Below, one piece after another: positions 41,375 to 51,392 of a stretch of DNA of 64,000 nucleotides. This stretch comes from Terriglobia bacterium. GTDB lineage: Bacteria > Acidobacteriota > Terriglobia > JAJPHL01 > JAPKYU01. The stretch lies in the NCBI GenBank assembly GCA_965223005.1, contig CBDCVK010000005.1:192001-256000 (forward strand), read 5' to 3'. The notes under the pieces were generated by a model. It saw nothing but the letters and a program-made list of their open reading frames with translations, was not told the DNA's origin and did no database searches. Position 1 is the first letter of the stretch. Every line of letters starts with the position of its first letter. Position numbers and translations under genes: made by a program.

Positions 41375-42229
41375 TCACTGCAAGCTGTCTAGATAAGCTA
41401 ATAAATCTTGCAACTCCGCTTCGTTCAGCATCTGCTCGCTGTACTCGGGCATCAGGGATCCCCGCTCGTGGATCACCTCCTGCAGATCCTTTTTCAAAAA
41501 CAGGTGAATCTGCTCGTGCCGGTCCATAAGCTGGATGGAAAAGTTGTCTTCGTTGCAACGCACGCCGCTGATGCGCCTGCCGTCCTTGGTCACCACGCGC
41601 ACCGTCTCGTACCCCTCGGCCACCATCCAGTCGCGGTTGGTGATCTGCTTGTTCGGATCACGGATGGATTCGATGAGGTGCTGGGTGCCGCGCGAAGCCG
41701 CGATGCGGGATAGACTTGGGCCCAGGCGGCCCCCCTTGCCATTCACCATGTGGCACTGGGAGCAGCCGCCGGAGCCGAAGAAGATCCGCTCGCCCTCCTT
41801 GCGATTGCCCCTGACTGGCGTGGCCGAACCAGCGCTCAGACTCCGCAGATACGTAATGATCGCCCAGACCTCGTCCTCCGTCATAACGGTCGCCGGCATG
41901 GCCGTACCCGGCACGCCCTCGCTGATGGTTCGAAAGATGGCGGCGTCGCTGCTGCCGTGCGTCCAGCGCCCCCTGGTCAGATCCGGCCCACGGGTCCCTC
42001 GGGTGGCTTCCAGACCATGGCAGAAGCTGCAAAAATGACGGAAAGAAGCCCTGCCATGCTGGATTGCTTCGGGGTCCCCGGCAAGCGGGTTTCGGACTTC
42101 TCTCTCCGGGCCAGCCGGGGAGTCAGGCCATGCTGCCTCCGCGGTGATCGAAAATGTAAGCAGGGTTACCGTTAACACCACTACCAGCTTTCTGACCCTG
42201 GCACGGAAGCAACTGGTTGTCAGCCCCAT
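41375..42229 (-). CDS. Diheme c-type cytochrome, partner of the PQQ dehydrogenase
   Basis: CSFCH and CSQCH, GTAMP, SLMP. Confidence 0.88.
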   Translation of the reverse strand: MGLTTSCFRARVRKLVVVLTVTLLTFSITAEAAWPDSPAGPEREVRNPLAGDPEAIQHGRASFRHFCSFCHGLEATRGTRGPDLTRGRWTHGSSDAAIFRTISEGVPGTAMPATVMTEDEVWAIITYLRSLSAGSATPVRGNRKEGERIFFGSGGCSQCHMVNGKGGRLGPSLSRIAASRGTQHLIESIRDPNKQITNRDWMVAEGYETVRVVTKDGRRISGVRCNEDNFSIQLMDRHEQIHLFLKKDLQEVIHERGSLMPEYSEQMLNEAELQDLLAYLDSLQ

Positions 42230-42299
42230 ATTCTCGCTCTCAATTTGTACCGCCGGAATTCCGATTTGACCTTCCCAAATCGCTCAAGAAGCATACGGC

Positions 42300-42416
42300 A
42301 AGGCGCCCTGTCGCGACTGTCGCGGTTAAGCCGGGTGTCCCTGGCCCGCAGAGAACGCCAATGCCGCTCCCCAACTTCTCCAGGATGCGGTAGAGGCTCA
42401 CGATCCGGCCAGTCAT
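42300..42416 (-). pseudogene. N-terminal fragment of a Ser/Thr protein kinase
   Basis: MTGRIVSLYRILEKLGSG.GV, then frameshifted ARDTRLNRD (typical YRILEKLGxGGMGVVYxAxDTRLxRxVA). Confidence 0.65.
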
Positions 42417-42441
42417 GGGACGAACCCCTCTCTCGGGGGCT

Positions 42442-42470
42442 ATGCTACGCCCCGCCCAAGGGCAAGTCAA
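42442..42470 (-). promoter_or_regulatory. Sigma70 promoter upstream of the kinase relic
   Basis: TTGACT-17 bp-TAGCAT on the minus strand. Confidence 0.55.
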
Positions 42471-42762
42471 CGTGAGGCAGCTCGGCTAGTCGCGCCGGTG
42501 GTCTTCCGCCTTCGGCATTGGTGGAGTTCAGTCGGGACCAGGCAGCCACTTCACGGGGGATCACCCCCGGCGTGGTTCACATTCTTGGTTGGTAAACGCT
42601 AACCCGTGAGAACGTATCCAGCATTGCTGGTGACAAGGTGGGGTCTCGCAACGCCCGAGGAAATAAGTGGGCCCGGTACGTGACATTTTGTCCTTGCGTC
42701 GCAGGTTTAGCGGCAGCCTAGATTATTAGGCGGAAATTCCGGATCGAGGGAAGGAGAACACC

Positions 42763-43557
42763 ATGAATTGCCTTCACGTCATCCTGATAACGATCGGACT
42801 CATGTGGCTGAGTGCTTGCAGCGGCGGCCCCAAGGCCCCGAGTCTCGAAGACTACCGCCCCATCGATTTGACTTACACCTTCGACGAGCAGACCGTCTAT
42901 TGGCCCACCGGGAAACGTTTCGAGCACGAACGGGTCTCCTGGGGACGGACCGAGGGCGGCTACTGGTACAGCTCTTACAACTTGGCGGGCAACGAGCACG
43001 GCGGTACGCATCTCGACGCACCGATTCATTTCGCCGAGGGCAAACAGAGTGTCTCCGACATCCCTCTTTCGCGGCTCATCGTACCTGCCGTGGTCGTCGA
43101 CATTTCCGCTCAATGCGAGTCCGATCCCGATTACCAACTCTCGGTGGACGACCTCGAAGCTCACGAACGCCAGCATGGAGCGATCCCGGAGGGAATAGGG
43201 GTGCTAATTCGAACGGGCTGGGGTCGGTTTTGGCCCGAGGTCAAGTCGTATCTTGGGAGTGACGCCCCCGGCGATACCGAAGATCTCCATTTCCCCGGGG
43301 TTTCACCCGAAGCAGCGGGGATCCTGGTCCAGCGGCGGATCGCCGTGGTAGGCATCGATACAGCCAGCATAGACCACGGCCCCTCGCGTGATTTCGAAGC
43401 TCATCAGATTTTTGCCGAGGCGCAGATTGGGTGCCTCGAAAACGTCGCCCACCTGGATCGGGTACCAGTGACCGGTTCTCTCCTCTTGGCCCTACCTATG
43501 AAGATTGGTGAGGGCTCGGGCGCGCCATGTCGCATTGTGGCGCTGGTGCGGCGGTAA
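42763..43557 (+). CDS. Cyclase family (kynurenine formamidase-like) metal hydrolase, probable lipoprotein
   Basis: LSAC lipobox, HGGTHLDAPIHF, GIDTASID, LENV. Confidence 0.88.
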   Translation: MNCLHVILITIGLMWLSACSGGPKAPSLEDYRPIDLTYTFDEQTVYWPTGKRFEHERVSWGRTEGGYWYSSYNLAGNEHGGTHLDAPIHFAEGKQSVSDIPLSRLIVPAVVVDISAQCESDPDYQLSVDDLEAHERQHGAIPEGIGVLIRTGWGRFWPEVKSYLGSDAPGDTEDLHFPGVSPEAAGILVQRRIAVVGIDTASIDHGPSRDFEAHQIFAEAQIGCLENVAHLDRVPVTGSLLLALPMKIGEGSGAPCRIVALVRR

Positions 43558-43853
43558 GCGGCAGTCCGCAGGCTTCAGAATGCTAGAATCCGCTCAAAAT
43601 AGCTGCTTTCCACTTAGATGTACGAGTTCAAAAAAACGAGGCGCGGCGGAAATGACCTTCCTCCTACCAGCCGATGCTGCCGTTGACAACCCAGGCCGAC
43701 GCGGCCTAGACTCTGCGCATTTCCACATTAAACCCGGTTTGCCGACTATACGGCCAAGTGAATCCGGATTGATAAACGCTAGCCCGATGTTCCCCCCTCG
43801 TGTCCTGGAACTCAAGCCGCACGTCTCTCTCCGTAAAGCGTTCTCTTTCTGCG

Positions 43854-46115
43854 TCACTGGACTGACTCTGCGAGGCGTTTTCGATAAACTTCCCGGGCGT
43901 GATCGTAAGCCCTGCGGGCTTCGTCGCGCTCCTGGTCGCGAATTTTAGGTGCTTTCTGGCTCCAGCATTGATCGACCGCCGCCAGACACCACTCGGCGCT
44001 GCGTCGAGAGGCCCGGATCGGCTTTCCGTCAACCAGCGCGAAAATAGGGTTGGTGTGCGAGGAGGGCAGAATGCGCACTGCTATCCAACTGCTCTTCGGA
44101 ATTGGCACGTAAGACTCCAGGTCGCGAACCTGTCCGTCGGCAAGGAGTTCCCTGCTAGCCACCGGTTCGCCATTCACAATGACCTCGACAGCCACCTTAC
44201 GGGTCCCCCGAATGCGGGCGCGCTCTAGATTCCAGTACGGCTTTTCGTTGGAGCGCAGGTTGTGAAATTTGGGATCGGGAAACAGATTGAGGTAGGCTGA
44301 AGCTTTGACTTCTACGCGAGCCGTTCCCCCCTCGTTCATGCGCAGTTCGCTCTCACCATCGCCCACCTCGACCCCGTTCACTTTGAAGTCGATCAAGTGG
44401 CTTAGACCGTCGCTGACGTAGGTGCGGCCGTCGCGGACACCGTCGATCCAACCGCGGTAGGTCAGCTTGTCGAGTTTCACGTAGCTTCTGCCCAGACCCA
44501 CTTTATCGTCGTAAATGCAGGGGAAATCCGTTTCGCCGCTGATGCGAGTGCGGAAACCGACGTTGAGCGTGTGGTACCAGATGCTGAGCTCCCAAACATA
44601 GGGCGTATCGACGGCCGAAATGAAGTCCACCGCATCGTGAGTTACATCAACGATGTATTCGTTGGCGCCGATGCTATCGAAGCCGGGCATTTCGTAACTC
44701 GGGAGCTCCTCGCTCAGTACGCTCAGCCCCCAACCCGAATGAGAGAAGCCCACAACCCCGCCCTGCGACTTGGCCCAGCGGAGAATCGGCAGATCCCAAG
44801 AAGGCCACTCCTCGATCCGCGTCGTCCCGGGGTAGTCATCTTCCTTGAGCCCCATGAGCACAAGGTGGCCCGCATGGCTGGACGGGAATCCCGAAACCTC
44901 CACGTCGTAGTGAAGGAGTCGTTCGGGTTTGGACACGACGTCATCGGTGGCGCTAAAAAACTGCTTCTGGTAGTACCACGAGGGGCCCCAAGTGAGCACC
45001 GCGCCGATGTTCAAGGACTCACCCAGAACTTGCCGCATCATGTCTTTGGGTTCGACGCCCTCAGTCGGGTTCTTATAATGCGAGCACCCCGCGGCGTGGA
45101 TGTGATGATCGCCTGACCACCAGCCGTACTTGGAAGGATCGATCCAACGCTGTAGCTGAAAGGAAAGCTCAGCAGGACCGCTTTTATCGATACGAAGTTC
45201 TTTCGTTCGTGTGAAATACTCGGGCCCGGCCGAGTATTCCATCGTGTAGTCGCCCGCCGGTAGGCGGACCGTCTCACTGTCGGCGCGATAGACCTGCGGC
45301 TGAAAGGGAAAGTCGGGCGCCAGGCGCTTCGAGAGATTCGGATATAGCCTGCCGGCACGATCCTTGATGATGAAGCTGGCGATCGTCGGGTTTCCATTCT
45401 CGTCTTTGACGCGCAAGGTGATGGCGTGCGATGGTTGAATATTGAACAGCACCAGGACCTCGTTCCGAAAGCCGATGTCCTGGCTCCCTTGGCCGACATG
45501 GAAGGAGATCTTGGCCGAGCGCTGTCCTCGATCGTGACTGTACGCTTGCAGGACCTGATATTCGAGGCCCAGGCCCGAAAGCCTCTCGGCCATGGGAGGC
45601 TTATTGTAGATCGCAAGGTCAGCCCAGCGTTCCTTTGCCTCGCGCAGAGTCAACTTCATCTCGGGCTCGGGTTCCGATTCGGATTTGATGGATTTCGGCC
45701 CACTGTTTGGACTCTCCACTATAAGCGGCGCGGTGACCCCGGCTTGGTTGAGCACCTTCACTAAAAAAAGTCTCGTGCCCTGTTCGACTAGCACCGGCTT
45801 GGCCGCACCTTGTCTGACCTTGACGCGGCTCTCGGGGTTGATGTCGACCACAGCGAGGACGTAGGGATCCAAGATCTCCTGCAGCCGCGAGACTGCTCGT
45901 TGTTCGTCCTCCATACCGATCGCCTTGTTTATCTGACGATGGACCTCTGCTGGCAGCGGCTGCCCGAGGAAGTTGAGGGCGTCTTCGATCTGGCGGACTT
46001 GTCGCGCCAATGGCTGTAACGGGATTTCGCCCTGCGCCTGGACGTACGTCGCAATGCAAACAAGCGCTGTTAACAATCGGGCTACAGGCACGAGCCGAAA
46101 GACTTCGATCAACAT
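43854..46115 (-). CDS. CehA/McbA-family (PHP-like) metallohydrolase
   Basis: GDHHIH, GFSHSGWG, GETDFPC, HTNP; GGAGG RBS before 46115. Confidence 0.75.
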   Translation of the reverse strand: MLIEVFRLVPVARLLTALVCIATYVQAQGEIPLQPLARQVRQIEDALNFLGQPLPAEVHRQINKAIGMEDEQRAVSRLQEILDPYVLAVVDINPESRVKVRQGAAKPVLVEQGTRLFLVKVLNQAGVTAPLIVESPNSGPKSIKSESEPEPEMKLTLREAKERWADLAIYNKPPMAERLSGLGLEYQVLQAYSHDRGQRSAKISFHVGQGSQDIGFRNEVLVLFNIQPSHAITLRVKDENGNPTIASFIIKDRAGRLYPNLSKRLAPDFPFQPQVYRADSETVRLPAGDYTMEYSAGPEYFTRTKELRIDKSGPAELSFQLQRWIDPSKYGWWSGDHHIHAAGCSHYKNPTEGVEPKDMMRQVLGESLNIGAVLTWGPSWYYQKQFFSATDDVVSKPERLLHYDVEVSGFPSSHAGHLVLMGLKEDDYPGTTRIEEWPSWDLPILRWAKSQGGVVGFSHSGWGLSVLSEELPSYEMPGFDSIGANEYIVDVTHDAVDFISAVDTPYVWELSIWYHTLNVGFRTRISGETDFPCIYDDKVGLGRSYVKLDKLTYRGWIDGVRDGRTYVSDGLSHLIDFKVNGVEVGDGESELRMNEGGTARVEVKASAYLNLFPDPKFHNLRSNEKPYWNLERARIRGTRKVAVEVIVNGEPVASRELLADGQVRDLESYVPIPKSSWIAVRILPSSHTNPIFALVDGKPIRASRRSAEWCLAAVDQCWSQKAPKIRDQERDEARRAYDHAREVYRKRLAESVQ

Positions 46116-46624
46116 AACGTGTGCCTCCTGGGGTGAACTGGTGGCCCCGGCAGGCACGTGCGGAACCAACTCCCTGGTTGCCAGGCTGCTTCTCTAGAGG
46201 CCCCCGATTATATGATGATTCTTCTATGGCTCGTCCTCGTGCCGACGCCGAGAAGAGGGTTGGCCCGGTGCGCCACTTGGTCGCGTAACGCCCTTATCGG
46301 AAACTGACCACTACCCTGGGGGCGTAGAGGGTCACTTGTCCGGATAGCCGACTACGCGACTAAGTGATTCAGTCTCTCGCGTGAGCTGGATTCCCCCCCT
46401 CGCTCCTGAACCGGTACGCGGAAGCAATGGCGCAGCCAGCAGCCGCTTGTTCGGCATGGAGTTTCCTTCGCGCCAGCCCGGCGCAACTTTGTTCTTTCCG
46501 GTGGGTTGATAAGAACTGGAAGGCGTTTTTAAGACCGGACGGGCTGTGAGTGAGCCAATCATAGAAGAATCGAAACGGTCTTGAGAAACGCGTCAATAGT
46601 AAAACCAGACAGGAGGAAGATCCG

Positions 46625-47287
46625 ATGCAAGGAAACAAGGGGATTATGTACGTCGTTCTTGCCGTGTGCGCCTTTCTCATGTTTGGACAGGCACAGCTGG
46701 CAGGCCAGCAGGGCCGGGCACCGAGGCAACATGGTCCGGACTTGGAAAGGTTGGCCCAGTCGCTCGGTCTGAGCGAGGAGCAGAAAGGGCAGCTCCAGCA
46801 GATCGGTCGTGAGCAAGCCGAGCAGGTTCGAGTCATTCGGGAAGACGATTCACTGACGAATAAAGAAAAGCGAGCGAAGCTCCAAGAGCTGAACACAGCC
46901 CGCCAGGACCGATTTCGCGGAATTCTCACTGCGGAACAGCAAGAGAAGTTTGGTCAGATGCGGCAAAGGCGTGGGCGTAGAAGCTCAGGCCGCGGGCCGG
47001 TGGCAGGACCTGGCTTCGACAGATTCGGTGAAGGGCTGGACCTGAGCGAGGAACAAAGGGAACAAATCGAGCAGACGCGCACTGAGCACCGAGAGCAGAT
47101 CCAGGTACTGCGCGAGGATCAGAATCTTTCTCCTGAAGAGAGACGTGCCCGGATGCAGGAACTTCGCCAAAACCGGCAGGGACGTATGCGTGAGATCCTC
47201 ACAGCCGAGCAGCAAGAGAGGTTTTCGCAACGGCGCGAGCAGTTCGGGACGAAACGCCGCGGACACGGTGGGCGCGGACGCAGGTGA
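46625..47287 (+). CDS. Spy/CpxP-like LTXXQ-repeat periplasmic protein
   Basis: Signal peptide; two LxLSEEQ...ILTAEQQE repeats; AGGAGG RBS. Confidence 0.75.
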   Translation: MQGNKGIMYVVLAVCAFLMFGQAQLAGQQGRAPRQHGPDLERLAQSLGLSEEQKGQLQQIGREQAEQVRVIREDDSLTNKEKRAKLQELNTARQDRFRGILTAEQQEKFGQMRQRRGRRSSGRGPVAGPGFDRFGEGLDLSEEQREQIEQTRTEHREQIQVLREDQNLSPEERRARMQELRQNRQGRMREILTAEQQERFSQRREQFGTKRRGHGGRGRR

Positions 47288-47471
47288 GCAGATCGAAGCC
47301 CATTGGTTCGGCTTTCCTCTGCCGGATTCATGGCAATTTGACGCAGGTTCGCGCGCCAGAGGGCCCACCGAGGAGTTGGAAGGCGGGAAACGATCCAGAT
47401 CGCTTCCCGCCACATCGTTTCCCGTCGGTTGTTCCTTGAAAGCGCTGGAACCCCGCCGCTAGATACGTTCT

Positions 47472-47909
47472 TTGAGTCTCAAGCTACTAGCCGTCCTAGC
47501 CTCATCGCTGGTCATTGCAACAGCGGCGCGTCCCCAGACGATTCCGTCCGTTGAGGTCAAGCTCATGACGTACAATGTTCAGGCGCCAGGATGGAACCAG
47601 AATCGCCGGGCTCAAGTGGTCGGTACCATCGATGCGGAGAGACCGGATGTGTTGGGTCTTCATGAAGCGCGCGCCAATGGAAATGGCGCCGAGCTCATGG
47701 CAGACCTCGAAGACAACTACGAACCCCATTTCACGAGCACTGGCGATCCGATATACCTTCGGCGGGATCGGTCGTTTGCAGTTGTAGAGGAAGGAGTCGA
47801 AGCCCTTCCGATTTGCCCAGGCATAGGTGGTGCGGCTGTGCTCACCTGGGTAAAGATCGAGACGCCCGAAGGAAAAAGATTTACCTTCTTCTGGCGTCCA
47901 AAGTTTTGA
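47472..47909 (+). pseudogene. Truncated secreted endonuclease/exonuclease/phosphatase (EEP) protein
   Basis: KLMTYNV and PDVLGLHE present; ends before the NTH/GDFN/SDH motifs. Confidence 0.6.
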
Positions 47910-48344
47910 CAAGCAACGGATTGCATATTGGCAATCTGGACCACAGTTGGTCCGCGTACTGCCGCTTGCGGACCAATCCCACCTGCCTCTTTCAATTCAG
48001 AGGGTGGCGCGTGGCGGGCGAGCGGCGTGTGGTCTTGGCGCACACTTTGTGAACAAAAAGTTTTAGGTGGGTAGGACCTGTATGCTTGCAATTTCTCGTT
48101 AGCGGAGTCTCTAACTTGCCCGGCTGGAACATAGGTAAACCCTAGCCCGTTAGTCGCACCTATCCGGCATTGGCGGTCGGCAGGGATTCCATGCGCCCGC
48201 AGCATTGGAGGTGTGGGAACTAAGGTTAGGCTTGGCAGGATAAGAAACGGATACTAAGAAAATGCCGCGCGCCGGGCCCACGGCGTGACGCGGATTAGTA
48301 AACGCCAACCGACTAGTGGGGGTCTATCCGCTTGAAGTGCCCGG

Positions 48345-48428
48345 TCAGCGACGGCTGGTGAACGCCACCAAAAGGGCGACGCCAATGACTACGATAAGCC
48401 AAATTGGAACGCTAATTTCCTGGAACAC
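48345..48428 (-). CDS. 27-aa small membrane peptide (not in the ORF track)
   Basis: MFQEISVPIWLIVVIGVALLVAFTSRR; AGGAGG RBS; TTGACT-18 bp-TACACT promoter at 48482-48453. Confidence 0.55.
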   Translation of the reverse strand: MFQEISVPIWLIVVIGVALLVAFTSRR

Positions 48429-48525
48429 TCGTGCCCTCCTCGAGTGGAGCGCAGTGTAGTGCTTTGTTCTGAGGTAAGTCAATGGGCTACGCGGTTGAGG
48501 TCAAGCAATGACGGCTGCGGCCTAG

Positions 48526-48667
48526 TTTGTGGAACGATACAGCGCGAACGTCCCGATGGGCCGCATGGGACAGGATAGCAAGGAAGTGAAGGGAGCTCAC
48601 TTCAGCAGCCTCCCCCTATGTCACCGGGCACAATCTCGCCGTCGCCGGTGGGCTGACCGCGTGCTAG
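48526..48667 (+). pseudogene. Frameshifted C-terminal fragment of an SDR oxidoreductase
   Basis: FVERYSANVPMGRMG...EVKGA / SAASPYVTGHNLAVAGGLTAC*. Confidence 0.65.
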
Positions 48668-48728
48668 GCTAATGAACCTGGCAGGTCCGCCACCTGCCGA
48701 CCGCGCTAAGAAAAAAGGAGATGATCCT

Positions 48729-50339
48729 ATGACACCCAGTGGAGCGCAGAATGCCATGTTTCGTCTGAGTACCTTGTGTCTGGCGGCTCTTCTGTTACCT
48801 CTCGCGGGCGGGACCCGCGGAGCGGCTTTATTAAAGGGATTGGATGCCAGCATGTCGCAACGCGTTCACCCCGTGCTGATTCGCAACGACCATAACGCAC
48901 TGCTGCAGGTAGTTGTGGAAGTGAAGCAGAAGGAAGACGTCCGTCTGCGGTCCGTCGCGTTCTCTCTCGACGGGACCGACAACCTGAACGATCTGGAATC
49001 CCTGGAGCTGTTCTATACCGGCGAAAAGCGCGAGTTTGCAACTGAAACTGCATTTGGCAAGCCGGCCCAGCCGGCCGCCAGGATCTCTTTCCGCGGAGAT
49101 CAAACCCTGCGCGCCGGGAGCCACGTGTTCTGGCTGTCTTGCAGGCTGAGGTCGAAGGCCGGCTTGTCCCGCAAAGTGGATGCAGCTTGCACGTCGATTG
49201 ACACCACGGCAGGAAAGCTGACCCCGCGTGATCAATCGCCCGGAGTGCGCAAGCGAATCGGAATCGCGCTGCGCAAGCACAATGACGACGGCGTTCATAC
49301 CTATCGTATCCCCGCGCTGACGACTACGCCCAAGGGCACGTTGCTGTGCGTGTATGACATGAGATGGCGGAAGTCGCGTGATCTGCAGGAAGACATCGAC
49401 GTCGGGCTTAGCCGCAGCACCGATGGCGGCCGGACGTGGGAATCGCCCCGCGTCATTATGGACATGGGTGAATATGGCGGGCTTCCCCAGGAACAAAACG
49501 GAGTCGGCGACCCGGGAATCATTGTCGATCAGAAGACCGGCGAAATTTTTAGCTTTGCGGTATGGATGTGGGGCAAGCCCGGCAAGCATCAATGGAGAGG
49601 AGACGGGTCCGAACCGGGTTATGAGATCGGCAAGAGTGCCCAACTCATGCTGGTTCGCTCGAAGGACGACGGCCGCACCTGGACAAAGCCCGAGAACATG
49701 ACCCGCAAGTTGAAAAAGGCTGAATGGTGGCTGCTCGCTCCGTCGCCGCAGCAAGGAATCAACCTGGCCGACGGCACGCTTGTGATGCCCTCGCAGGGCC
49801 GCGATGAAAAGGGAGTGCCTTTTGCCAACCTCATAGTCAGCCGCGACCACGGCGCCACTTGGACCGTCAGCAATCCCTCCTTCAGTGGAGGGAACGAATG
49901 CCAGGCGGTGCAGCTGGGTGACGGCTCGATCATGCTGAACATGCGCAACGATCATGAACGGTATCGCGCCGTGTACGTGACACACGATCTTGGCCAGACG
50001 TGGCATCCGCACGAAACGAATCGCAACACGCTGATCGAACCGAACTGCAATGGCAGCTTGTATCGGGTCGATTATGGGAGGGCAGGCGAGAAAAAGCGGG
50101 TGTTGCTCTTTTCCAACCCGCATACACAGAAAGGCCGGACCCACCAGACGATTCAAGTCAGTTTCGACGACGGCCGCACATGGCCGGAGAAAAGCCATCT
50201 TCTGCTGGACGAAGGCCTGGGACGCGGCTATCCGAGCATCACACGCATTGACGAACAGCACATCGGCATTGTCTATGAAGGCAGCCAGGCTGATCTGGTA
50301 TTTGAGAAGATTTCGTTGGATGAACTGCTGAAGCGGTGA
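48729..50339 (+). CDS. Exo-alpha-sialidase (GH33)
   Basis: YRIP motif, Asp boxes SxDGGRTW/SKDDGRTW/SRDHGATW, GYPS, signal peptide. Confidence 0.9.
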   Translation: MTPSGAQNAMFRLSTLCLAALLLPLAGGTRGAALLKGLDASMSQRVHPVLIRNDHNALLQVVVEVKQKEDVRLRSVAFSLDGTDNLNDLESLELFYTGEKREFATETAFGKPAQPAARISFRGDQTLRAGSHVFWLSCRLRSKAGLSRKVDAACTSIDTTAGKLTPRDQSPGVRKRIGIALRKHNDDGVHTYRIPALTTTPKGTLLCVYDMRWRKSRDLQEDIDVGLSRSTDGGRTWESPRVIMDMGEYGGLPQEQNGVGDPGIIVDQKTGEIFSFAVWMWGKPGKHQWRGDGSEPGYEIGKSAQLMLVRSKDDGRTWTKPENMTRKLKKAEWWLLAPSPQQGINLADGTLVMPSQGRDEKGVPFANLIVSRDHGATWTVSNPSFSGGNECQAVQLGDGSIMLNMRNDHERYRAVYVTHDLGQTWHPHETNRNTLIEPNCNGSLYRVDYGRAGEKKRVLLFSNPHTQKGRTHQTIQVSFDDGRTWPEKSHLLLDEGLGRGYPSITRIDEQHIGIVYEGSQADLVFEKISLDELLKR

Positions 50340-50423
50340 GCATCCGGCACTGGAATGCGACGGGCTTGTGGGCCGCATGATCCGCAAGTGAACCACCCGA
50401 CGCAGACTCTTATGGGAGGTTTC

Positions 50424-51392
50424 ATGTCACGGCGGAAGGTTTATTTCAATGGCGAGTTTGTTTCAGAGCAGGAAGCTCGAGTGTCGATTTTCGACTCGGC
50501 CCTGATGTATGGCGACATGGTCTTCGACATGACCCGAACCTACCGTCAGCAGCCATTCAGACTTCGGGAACATCTGGAGCGAACTTATGCCGGATTGAAA
50601 TATCTCGAAATTGACTGTGGGATGACCTTGGAGGAGATGGAAAAAGCTACTCTGCAGACTCTCGAGATCAACCTTCCCGCCCTCGAGGACGCTGACGTTC
50701 AGATCATGCACGATATTTCGCGCGGCCCCCTGGGATTCTACAAGAGCGTTTTTGGCGGTAAGCTTCGTCCCACCGTATCCATCAACTGCTGGCCGTTGTG
50801 GTGGCATTTGGCGGGTTATGTGTCGCTCTATCGATCTGGCGTTAACGCTGTGGTTACCGCCCAGCGCTCGGTTCCCGCCCATCTCATCGATCCGAAGGTC
50901 AAGAATCGAAGTCGTGTCTTCTACCAGATGGCGAATCTCCTGGCCCAGAAGGCTGATCCCAAAGGGTGGGCCCTGCTGACGGACGACCAGGGGCTGATCA
51001 CCGAGGGAAGTGGATGGAATTTCTTCATTGTTCGCAGGGGGCGGGTCCTTACGCCGCAGGGACGGAACATCCTGTTGGGGATAACCCGCGGGGCTGTTTT
51101 GGAATTGCTAACGAAAATGGCAACCCCCTGGAGTGAGGAAGATTTTGGGCTGTACGAGGTGGTGACCGCTGACGAGGCGTTCTGTACGGCTACGGGGTTT
51201 GCCATCATGCCCTGCACCCGCATCAACGGGCAACCCATCGGCGGTGGCCAGCCGGGAAAGTTAACTCGGAGACTGATGGCAGCCTGGAGTGAAATGGTCG
51301 GGGTGGACATCGTGACCCAGGCAGATGAATATGCTAAGAAGGTAAAGGAGATGGAGTCGTACGACCGCAGCGACAGGAGGGTGAGCGCATGA
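50424..51392 (+). CDS. Class IV PLP aminotransferase (BCAT/DAAT-like)
   Basis: FRLREHLER, PKVKN, TEGSGWNFF, LGITR, ADEAF. Confidence 0.88.
   Translation: MSRRKVYFNGEFVSEQEARVSIFDSALMYGDMVFDMTRTYRQQPFRLREHLERTYAGLKYLEIDCGMTLEEMEKATLQTLEINLPALEDADVQIMHDISRGPLGFYKSVFGGKLRPTVSINCWPLWWHLAGYVSLYRSGVNAVVTAQRSVPAHLIDPKVKNRSRVFYQMANLLAQKADPKGWALLTDDQGLITEGSGWNFFIVRRGRVLTPQGRNILLGITRGAVLELLTKMATPWSEEDFGLYEVVTADEAFCTATGFAIMPCTRINGQPIGGGQPGKLTRRLMAAWSEMVGVDIVTQADEYAKKVKEMESYDRSDRRVSA

Noticed and set aside
46570-46596. ECF sigma promoter before the Spy-like gene
   Set aside because: The GAAAC-to-CGTC spacing (14 bp) is shorter than typical
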